From: an uncultured Bacilli bacterium | GTDB lineage: Bacteria > Bacillota_I > Bacilli_A > RF39 > UBA660 | Reading direction: 5' to 3' | Assembly (NCBI GenBank): GCA_947631295.1 | Contig: CANRKU010000005.1 | Location: forward strand, 1 to 60,579 | Length of the DNA: 60,579 nucleotides | Part shown: positions 52,675 through 60,579 of the stretch, piece by piece | Position numbering within the stretch: the first letter of the stretch is position 1 | Layout of the letters: every line of letters starts with the position of its first letter | Translations under genes and position numbers: made by a program | The notes under the pieces: generated by a model | Seen by the model: only the letters and a program-made list of their open reading frames with translations | Databases searched by the model: none | What the model was told of the DNA's origin: nothing

Positions 52675-54306
52675 TTAAATTAGAAATACAACGAAGAATA
52701 TAATAACAAGTACAACTAATAATTCTAAGAATAATTTCCAAATATGTTTTAACCATTGTCCATAAGAAACATCTAAATATGTTAACGTACCAAGTAAGAT
52801 TGCACTAGTTGGAGCAACTAACATCATTAATCCATAAACAGATTGGAAAATAACACCAATAAGTGGATATAATGTAGTATCTTGAACAACAGAAGTAACA
52901 TAAGGTAGTGTACTTTGTGCTACATAAATATTTTCTACATTGAAAATACTAGATATCATAGTAACAAGTGTCATGGTAATTACGTTAAAATCTTTTGTGA
53001 AATCCAAGAAAAATTTAGTAATATTTAATTGGAATGGATTATAAGTTACTATAATTAATACTAAATAAGTAAGTAGCATATAAATTGCTGGTTTTAAAGC
53101 CTTTTTTACACCTTGTTCAATTGCATCTAAAAATTCATCAAATTTTAATCCATAAATAAATGCTAAGAAACAAGATGATAAAATAATAAGTGCAGGCATT
53201 TCATAATTTAATGACCAACTTCCAAATGAATTAACTTGTCCTAATAGTTTAGCAAATATTGGAAAACCACTAATTTCAAAATCTTGAACAGCTTTCAAAG
53301 CATCACTAAACCATTTTATTTCTAATACACCTTCCCAATCAAATGTAGCAAGTGCTAAAAGAACAACAACTAAGTCAAAAACAAGGATAAATGGCCAAGT
53401 CTTTGCTTTCTTTTTTGGTTTAACAGTTACTTTAGTTTCTGTTTTTGATTTTAAATCAAATGCTCTTGTTTTAGTTGTAGATTTACTAGAAGATTTAGTA
53501 GAATATTTAGTAGATTTCTTAGAATTTGTTTTTGTAGAACTAGAGTTTTTCTTCTTTGAATCTTTTTTACTAGAATCTTTTGCTTTAGTTTCTACTTTTT
53601 CTTTGGTATCTTTTTCTTCTTTCACAACTACTTTTTCTTCTTTCTTTCCACTATTAACACTAATAGGTACAAATTCTAACACTTTATCTGTAGTATTTCT
53701 TGTTTTTTTAGCATACTGTAAAACATTAAATATTAGTACCACTAAACCAATTACTAGTAAAATAATTTTTGTAATTATTTCACTATATACATCTGTTCCT
53801 AGTACTGCATTAATATAATATGTAGTGTTAGAACCAAGTGTAGTTCCTAAAATTCCAACAATAGTAGAACCAACTGTTACACTTGCTGCAACTAACTTAT
53901 TATATCCCATTAATAAAATAACGGATATAATGAATGGAAATACGAATAAAATTCCAAAAGATAAACCTGTAACTGAAACAATAACTGCTGTTAAAATCAT
54001 AATTAATGACAAGAAAATAGCTTCTTTACCATCAAATAATTTTACGATTTTATCTAGAAGTACACGATAAGCTGGAATCTTATAAGCAACTCCATAGAAT
54101 ATACCAGTAGCAAGAACTATTAAAACTACATATGGAAAATAACGAAATAATTCAACTGCATAAGAAAATAAATCGAATATTCCAAGTTGATTTCTAGCAT
54201 CAACTACTAATTCTGCTTGATAAGAAGCTGATGGAAAAATCCAAGTACATAATGCTACTACTAGTATAGATAGTAAAACTACCTTTAAAATATTATGTTT
54301 CTTCAT
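52675..54306 (-). CDS. Multi-pass membrane protein, YfcC/DcuC-like transporter with a Lys/Ser-rich loop
   Basis: About 12 TM segments; TWIFP, LVAPTSAILLGTL..VSYGQWLK C-terminal motif. Confidence 0.7.
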   Translation of the reverse strand: MKKHNILKVVLLSILVVALCTWIFPSASYQAELVVDARNQLGIFDLFSYAVELFRYFPYVVLIVLATGIFYGVAYKIPAYRVLLDKIVKLFDGKEAIFLSLIMILTAVIVSVTGLSFGILFVFPFIISVILLMGYNKLVAASVTVGSTIVGILGTTLGSNTTYYINAVLGTDVYSEIITKIILLVIGLVVLIFNVLQYAKKTRNTTDKVLEFVPISVNSGKKEEKVVVKEEKDTKEKVETKAKDSSKKDSKKKNSSSTKTNSKKSTKYSTKSSSKSTTKTRAFDLKSKTETKVTVKPKKKAKTWPFILVFDLVVVLLALATFDWEGVLEIKWFSDALKAVQDFEISGFPIFAKLLGQVNSFGSWSLNYEMPALIILSSCFLAFIYGLKFDEFLDAIEQGVKKALKPAIYMLLTYLVLIIVTYNPFQLNITKFFLDFTKDFNVITMTLVTMISSIFNVENIYVAQSTLPYVTSVVQDTTLYPLIGVIFQSVYGLMMLVAPTSAILLGTLTYLDVSYGQWLKHIWKLFLELLVVLVIIFFVVFLI

Positions 54307-54474
54307 ATTAACCCTCCCATATTAATTATACATAATTTACCATAAAATAAAAAGTATTTTTGAATGAAATTTTTGTGAAAAAAAAGATAACACTCTTTTA
54401 TGATGTTACCTTAAATATTATTTTTTTGTTTTACTATCCTTTTTATAAAAATTTATCTATTCTAGAAAGGAGTC

Positions 54475-55944
54475 TTAGTCAAGCGGTTTCATAAGCGGGA
54501 ACATTACTACATCACGGATACTTTCACTACCTGTTAGTAATTGAACAATACGATCAATACCCATTCCCCAACCAGAAATAGGTGGCATACCATATTCCAT
54601 AGCAGAAATATAATCGTAATCCATTTCCATAGCTTCTTCATCACCTGCTGCTTTTAAATTTGCTTGCTGCAATAAACGTCTTTCTTGCTCTTGTGGATCA
54701 ACTAGCTCAGAATATCCATTAACAATCTCTGCACCATTAATAACAAGTTGAAAACGATCACTAATTTCAGGTCTATCATCATTACTTCTAGCAAGTGGAG
54801 ATAAACTAGTTGGATGTTCCGTTAAATAAATTGGTCCTAACATATGAGGTCTAGCAACTTTTTTATATAAAACATCTACTAAATTTCCAAATCCTAAATT
54901 TTCAAGTGGAGTCTCACTTTCTACTTCAATCTTTTTGCTCTTAATCATATCCAACAGTTTTTCTTTGGTATTATAAACATCGATATCAATATCAGCATAT
55001 TGAATAAGTAAATCTCTAAAAGTTACTTTTCCCCAATCGCCACTCATATCAATTTCCTGATCTCCAAAAGTAATCTTTAAAGTTCCAAAGATATTCATGA
55101 TAATTGTTTGAAGCATTTTTTGAATAAATTTCATATTATCTTCATAGTTAAAATAAGCCTGATATCCTTCTACCATCGTAAAATCTTGTAAATGAGAAGC
55201 ATCCATTCCTTCATTTCGAAAACATCTTGCTACTTCATAAACTTTAGGAATTCCTCCAACCACAGCTCTCTTCAAATAAGTTTCAGGAGCAATTCTTAAA
55301 TAAACATCCAAATCAAGTGCATTATGATGAGCTGTAAATGGTCTAGCAGTAGCACCACTTGCCTTATTATTTAAAATAGGAGTTTCTATTTCCATATATC
55401 CTAAATTATCTAAATAATTACGAAGCTCACGAATAAATTTAACACGAGTAATAAAACGCTTTCTAGTATCTTCATTCATAATTAAATCTACATATCTTTG
55501 ACGATAGCATGCCTCTAAATCTGTAAGACCATGAAATTTTTCTGGAAGTGGTTTTAAAGCCTTCCCTAAAAATTCGAAAGAACTAGCTCTTAATGTCTTT
55601 TCTCCAGTATGAGTAGTAAAAATTTCTCCTTCTACACCTATAAAATCACCAAGATCTATATTTGTTTTAAAAAACTCATATTTTTCTTCGCCCACTAAAT
55701 CAATTTTAATAGAAACCTGAATTTCTCCTTCAATATCACGTAACTTTAGAAAACTCATTTTTCCCATTTTACGCATAAATACAATTCTTCCTGCAATTCT
55801 AACTCCCGTTACCTCATCTTCTAAAACACTTGCTTCTTTTAAAGAATGGGTTACCTCATAACGTTCGGGATAAGGATTACAAAATTCTCTAATTTTCTCT
55901 AATTTTTCTCTTCTAACTAATTCCTGTTCTGAAAAATTTCTCAT
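54475..55944 (-). CDS. lysS: Lysine--tRNA ligase (class II)
   Basis: YRQRYVDLI, GATARPF, FRNEG, YGMPP..GWGMGIDR. Confidence 0.98.
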   Translation of the reverse strand: MRNFSEQELVRREKLEKIREFCNPYPERYEVTHSLKEASVLEDEVTGVRIAGRIVFMRKMGKMSFLKLRDIEGEIQVSIKIDLVGEEKYEFFKTNIDLGDFIGVEGEIFTTHTGEKTLRASSFEFLGKALKPLPEKFHGLTDLEACYRQRYVDLIMNEDTRKRFITRVKFIRELRNYLDNLGYMEIETPILNNKASGATARPFTAHHNALDLDVYLRIAPETYLKRAVVGGIPKVYEVARCFRNEGMDASHLQDFTMVEGYQAYFNYEDNMKFIQKMLQTIIMNIFGTLKITFGDQEIDMSGDWGKVTFRDLLIQYADIDIDVYNTKEKLLDMIKSKKIEVESETPLENLGFGNLVDVLYKKVARPHMLGPIYLTEHPTSLSPLARSNDDRPEISDRFQLVINGAEIVNGYSELVDPQEQERRLLQQANLKAAGDEEAMEMDYDYISAMEYGMPPISGWGMGIDRIVQLLTGSESIRDVVMFPLMKPLD

Positions 55945-55957
55945 GTATAAATACCTC

Positions 55958-56686
55958 CTATTTTTCTTGTATTACTTTTGTACCAGCAACAAGATCATGA
56001 ATACCTCTACCATCATGACGTAACAATATCATAAATAATGTTACCAACATCACAATACCAGCTATCATTTGTATAGTACCACTTGCATAATAATAAGAAT
56101 TTCTTCCTAAAAATAATAAGGATCCTATAATTAAAATATTTACTAGGATAGAATTAATAATAAGACTGCGATAAGCCATTTGATTTAAAGTCAATTCATC
56201 ACTATGAATACTGACAACTCTTAATTTCATAAGTTTCTTTCCTAAAGTTTGTCCTTTATTATAAAACTGGAAGACAATAAAGTAAAGAATAATTATAACT
56301 ACTTCGATAATCATAGAAGCTACATTACTATAATCTATATCATATACTATATCAATAGCTTTATTAGCATATTCTTCTAAAGTAATATTATTTTCCACTA
56401 AATCCAATTGTACTTGTTCAAACTCATTCATATATTTATCGTAATTTTTATTTTCTGGTAAAAGAAACATAATAGTAGAACATACTAAAGATACTAACAA
56501 AATATCAATAATATAAGCAACTAACCTTGGAAAAAAATAAGGTTTTTCTTCTTTTTCTAAAGTATCTTCTACAATTATTTCCTGTTTTGGTGTTTTTGAT
56601 TTATTATTTTCTTTTTTCTTTGGCTTTTTTTCATAGATAACAGCATCAATTACTTCATCTTTTTTCTTTCTTGGCATAAAATCCAC
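55958..56686 (-). CDS. RDD family membrane protein
   Basis: RLVAYIID, GQTLGKKLMKLRVV, HDLVAGTKV. Confidence 0.92.
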   Translation of the reverse strand: MDFMPRKKKDEVIDAVIYEKKPKKKENNKSKTPKQEIIVEDTLEKEEKPYFFPRLVAYIIDILLVSLVCSTIMFLLPENKNYDKYMNEFEQVQLDLVENNITLEEYANKAIDIVYDIDYSNVASMIIEVVIIILYFIVFQFYNKGQTLGKKLMKLRVVSIHSDELTLNQMAYRSLIINSILVNILIIGSLLFLGRNSYYYASGTIQMIAGIVMLVTLFMILLRHDGRGIHDLVAGTKVIQEK

Positions 56687-57673
56687 CTAACTTTCTAAAT
56701 TCTGAATATAAGTTTTATATTCGTCCAATATCTTCATTATAGCAGAAATATCCTTTTGTAGGAATATTTTATTCTTGATTTCATTCGAATTTGGCATTCC
56801 TTTTAAATACCAAGCAATATGATTACGGATTTCTAAAACTGCTAATTTTTCATTTTTTAATTCATATAAGTTCTGTAAATGTTCTAAACACATATCAATT
56901 TTCTCAATGAAAGTAGGAGGATCTAAAATAATTCCTTCTTCTAAGTAAGCATTAATTTCTCGAATTAACCAAGGATTTCCTAATACTCCTCTACCTATCA
57001 TGATAAGATCACATCCTGTTTCATCTAACATTTTTTTAGCACTGTAAATATCAGTAATATCACCATTACCAATAACAGGAATAGAAACATTTTCTTTTAC
57101 TTGTTTAATGATAGACCAATCAGCTTTTCCACTATAGCCTTGACTTCTCGTTCTAGGATGAACACAAATAGCACTAGCACCAGCCTCTTCACATATTTTA
57201 GCAACTTCTACGGCATTAATATGATCAAAATCCCAACCACTGCGTATTTTAACTGTTACTGGTATAGGAACAGAAGCAACTACACTAGATACAATTTCTC
57301 TAATTTTCTCAGGATTTTTTAAAAGAGCACTACCAGCTTGAGCTCTAACAGCAACTTTTGGTACTGGACACCCCATATTAATATCGATGATATCAGGGTG
57401 CATTTGTTCATAGATAAATTTAGCTGCCTCAACAAAAGATTCTTTATCGCTTCCAAAAATCTGTTGAGCAATTGGTCTTTCACATTCTTCCATATAAAGC
57501 ATATCAACTGTTTTTTGATTTTTATAAAATAAGGCTTTATCACTAACCATCTCAGCATAAATAAGCCCTGCTCCCATTTTTTTTATAATTTTACGAAAAC
57601 TAGAGTTTCCAATTCCCGCCATAGGAGCTAAAACAGTTTTATGTTTAATTTCAATATTTCCTATCATAACCAT
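56687..57673 (-). CDS. dusB: tRNA-dihydrouridine synthase B
   Basis: LAPMAG, DINMGCPV, TVKIRSG, GNGDI, GNPW. Confidence 0.96.
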   Translation of the reverse strand: MVMIGNIEIKHKTVLAPMAGIGNSSFRKIIKKMGAGLIYAEMVSDKALFYKNQKTVDMLYMEECERPIAQQIFGSDKESFVEAAKFIYEQMHPDIIDINMGCPVPKVAVRAQAGSALLKNPEKIREIVSSVVASVPIPVTVKIRSGWDFDHINAVEVAKICEEAGASAICVHPRTRSQGYSGKADWSIIKQVKENVSIPVIGNGDITDIYSAKKMLDETGCDLIMIGRGVLGNPWLIREINAYLEEGIILDPPTFIEKIDMCLEHLQNLYELKNEKLAVLEIRNHIAWYLKGMPNSNEIKNKIFLQKDISAIMKILDEYKTYIQNLES

Positions 57674-57729
57674 AGTTATCCCTCAAATCACTAACATAAT
57701 ATCATAAAACAAAGAAAAAGAAAATATTG

Positions 57730-59415
57730 CTATCTTCTACCTTTCTTTTTGGAATAATATCTTTGCTCAAACTTCCCTACATTGCGAAGAAAGGTAATTC
57801 GAATCTCATCTGGGACTATAACATGGTTTAAAGCAATGTTATGACCTAAAGGGCAATCTCCAATAGATTCTAAGCTAGGAAGTTCTATCGTTTCCAAAAC
57901 TTGGTTAGAATACATAAAAGCAAAACCCAATTTCTTTAAATGAGGAAGAATTAATACTTTTAATTTTCGATTCTCTGCTAAAGCCAAACGACCAATTTCT
58001 TCTAATAAAGGCATCGATACCTCACAAATGATATGATTTTGTTCAAAAAATTTATTTCCAGCAATTTTCAAATTAGGAAGATTCAAAAAAGTTACAGAAT
58101 TATTTTGATAACAAAAATTATTTCCGACAATTTCTAGCTTAGGTAAATATAAACTTTTTAAACAGCTATTCATTCCTAAAAAATTATTTCCAACTATTCT
58201 TAAACTTTCTAGTGATAATTCTTTAAGAGAAGTATTAAACTCTAAAAATTCGTTACCACATTCTTCTAAAAAAGGTAAATACAAACAATTTAACTTATAA
58301 TTACTATATAAAAAAGCATTTCCAACTTTTTTTAATTTTTCCATATATAAAATTTGGCAAGATTCATCATGACATAGAAAATCATCGCCAATTTCTTCTA
58401 TTTCATTATTAGTATAACTAATAATTCTATTTTCTCTATCTAATCCTATAATAATAGTTTGATTATTTCTTTCTAAGCAAATATATTTACGATTTTCTTT
58501 CTTTTCAATCACTATTTTTTGAATATCAGTTAACCCATCTAAGAAACTATCTTTGATATCAGAATAATAGGATGTTATTGTTTTCTCTTTCATATCTAAT
58601 ATAAAATAGTCAAAAACTAAGTATCTTTCTTTTTGCTGATATTCTTCTTTTACATTGAGATGATCTAAAATAACATTATTAGGACCATAGTAAATACCAG
58701 CAATTTCATAATTAATTTTATAAAATCTATTGTCGTTTGCTCTAATATATCCAGGTATTTCAAAATCAGATTGAAAATTAATATGAAAACCATAAGTCTG
58801 CTCAAAACTTTTTCCAAGACCAGGTATGATATTATCTAAATTATTACCAAAGGTAGCATCACAATTTTTAACTGTATGATTATATCTATTTTTGATAGAT
58901 AAGGCATTAAACCCATCTCTATTAAATTGAATACTAAGAACTGATGTACCATATTCATCTTGTCTTTTAGGATTTTGAAAATCTTCTCTATGAATTTCAT
59001 CAACATTCTTTTTAACTGCAAAAAAAACATAACATGAATCTAAACGATTTCCATTAAAAGTACATAATTCTTCCCCTTTTGCATAATATTTTTTAAATTT
59101 TTGAATATCGTTTTCTGTTTTACATTCATATAAAATATATCCAGCTTCATCTAATAATTGCTTTGGCGTTTTGGAAACTAATTCATTTTCAACATCAACA
59201 GATGGTACCATATGATAAATAAAATCTTGAAACTCAATTTCCAACTGGTAATTAACAATATCGTCATATAAAAATTTAGATGGTCCAAAGTTAGATTCTA
59301 TTAAATGATATAATAAACCTTCTGTCTCTAATAAAGTAGGAAATAGATCCCTACACAAATGAGCCATTTTTTCACCATATTGATTCTTTATTTTTAATAA
59401 ATCGTATTGCATCAT
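57730..59415 (-). CDS. Hypothetical protein with C-terminal 22-aa leucine-rich repeats (likely start 59415)
   Basis: About 9 repeats of L..L.LP.L..VGNNFL..N; GAGGT RBS before ATGATG. Confidence 0.8.
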   Translation of the reverse strand: MMQYDLLKIKNQYGEKMAHLCRDLFPTLLETEGLLYHLIESNFGPSKFLYDDIVNYQLEIEFQDFIYHMVPSVDVENELVSKTPKQLLDEAGYILYECKTENDIQKFKKYYAKGEELCTFNGNRLDSCYVFFAVKKNVDEIHREDFQNPKRQDEYGTSVLSIQFNRDGFNALSIKNRYNHTVKNCDATFGNNLDNIIPGLGKSFEQTYGFHINFQSDFEIPGYIRANDNRFYKINYEIAGIYYGPNNVILDHLNVKEEYQQKERYLVFDYFILDMKEKTITSYYSDIKDSFLDGLTDIQKIVIEKKENRKYICLERNNQTIIIGLDRENRIISYTNNEIEEIGDDFLCHDESCQILYMEKLKKVGNAFLYSNYKLNCLYLPFLEECGNEFLEFNTSLKELSLESLRIVGNNFLGMNSCLKSLYLPKLEIVGNNFCYQNNSVTFLNLPNLKIAGNKFFEQNHIICEVSMPLLEEIGRLALAENRKLKVLILPHLKKLGFAFMYSNQVLETIELPSLESIGDCPLGHNIALNHVIVPDEIRITFLRNVGKFEQRYYSKKKGRR

Positions 59416-59431
59416 ATAAACCTCATTCCAG

Positions 59432-60403
59432 TTACTGAACATTATTTTTCTTACAATAACTTTTACTAAATTCTTTTTCATCCTCTAAAGATACAGAATC
59501 GTAATTTTTATAATATTGTTCATCCAAATAATCTTGATAAGATTCTGGATCAAAAAACATATAATAATTTTCATCTAGGCAATTATTAGATATTTCATTA
59601 TGAATAGTATCTAAATAATCTTCATTTTTTCCTAACGAAAAATCATTCTCAAGAAAATCTTTAATTTTTTTCCATCTAGAGGGGAATCTTAATTTTCGAA
59701 GGGCATTTGCCTCCTTTTTACGAATGGTTTCTCTAGAAGTATTAAAAATTTTGGAAATAGATCTTAATGTTTCAATATGATCCCCAATAAACCCATATCT
59801 TAACATTAATATTTTTTTCTCATCTAATGGTAAATCATCTAAAAGAGATGAGATTAATTTCTGCAAATCACGATATTCAATTTTAGTAAATAAATCTAGA
59901 TTAGAACGAATGAAATTATCACATTCATCATATAATTTTGTATTTATTAAATGGATACGATCTAAATTTTCCCATTTATATTTTGCAGATATAATATTTT
60001 CATTTACCAGTGAATCAAGAATAATATCAGCAAAATTATCAGATTCATTTTCCTCATCTAAAACACTTTTGATAGCTATATACTTATTAACAAAATCTTT
60101 TCCCTTCATACCCAATATCTTAATATAGCATCTTTCAAAGTAATGATAAATATTCTTTACTGCATAAGTAGAAAAAGCATATCCTAAGTTTTCATCAAAA
60201 GTATCAACAGAAGAAATAAGAGCTTCATAAGCATATTGAGTCAATTCTGCTCTATCTAAATTATATTGAGCAGCCACATCATTAGCAACCATTTTAGCAA
60301 GATGCATATTTCCAATAATAATTTCTTCTCTAATAGCAGGATCTCCGGTCTCTTTCCATTGTTTAAATTTTTCTGCATTTTCAAATTTATTCATATAATA
60401 CAC
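59432..60403 (-). CDS. Sigma-70 family alternative sigma factor with acidic C-terminal extension
   Basis: Region 2 (NMHLAKMVA..FDENLGYAFSTYA) and region 4 (LRYG..TLRSIS..SRETIRKKEANALRKLR). Confidence 0.85.
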   Translation of the reverse strand: MYYMNKFENAEKFKQWKETGDPAIREEIIIGNMHLAKMVANDVAAQYNLDRAELTQYAYEALISSVDTFDENLGYAFSTYAVKNIYHYFERCYIKILGMKGKDFVNKYIAIKSVLDEENESDNFADIILDSLVNENIISAKYKWENLDRIHLINTKLYDECDNFIRSNLDLFTKIEYRDLQKLISSLLDDLPLDEKKILMLRYGFIGDHIETLRSISKIFNTSRETIRKKEANALRKLRFPSRWKKIKDFLENDFSLGKNEDYLDTIHNEISNNCLDENYYMFFDPESYQDYLDEQYYKNYDSVSLEDEKEFSKSYCKKNNVQ

Positions 60404-60478
60404 CCCATTAAATGTCTCATATTATAACATAAATTAAATATCTATTCAAGGGGAAAGAAAAAAGGCAAAAAAAAAGGA

Positions 60479-60579
60479 CCTTGGCGGCTACCTATTTTTG
60501 CGTACACTATCGTCGGCGTAGAAGAGCTTAACTTCTGTGTTCGGGATGGGAACAGGTGTACCCTCTTCGCTATTGTCAC
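60479..60579 (-). rRNA. rrf: 5S rRNA (5' few nt beyond the window edge)
   Basis: Minus strand reads ...CACCTGTTCCCATCCCGAACACAGAAGTTAAGCTC...AATAGGTAGCCGCCAAGG. Confidence 0.97.

Overview
AT-rich (low-GC) Bacilli chromosome segment in standard code 11 (TGA = stop). It carries murD, femAB and sigH together with Mollicutes-like traits (short 5S rRNA, RpoB H526N), which suggests the RF39-like gut Bacilli; this lineage is an inference. Most of the window is minus-strand housekeeping backbone: 5S rRNA end, dusB-lysS, clpC, cysS-mrnC-rlmB-sigH, secE-nusG-rplKAJL-rpoBC-rpsLG-fusA-tuf, and murD-eno-secG-rnr-smpB-ssrA. Single orphan genes are interleaved. Accessory highlights: (1) three tandem ~1000-aa type IV prepilin-like adhesins with near-identical mosaic stalks and divergent glycine-rich tips, the first preceded by a promoter enclosed in a perfect 20-bp inverted repeat (candidate invertible switch); (2) an integrase-less array of one-gene cassettes downstream of the tmRNA 3' end, each bounded by an AGT(C/T)CGA-N13/14-TGGTG junction, with the farthest cassette decayed; (3) an unannotated type I toxin-antitoxin-like locus between smpB and ssrA; (4) an IS481/IS1202-like element with a 26-bp target duplication, plus a truncated second copy; (5) substitutions at conserved antibiotic-target residues in RpoB and S12. 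All calls were made by eye, with no database searches.
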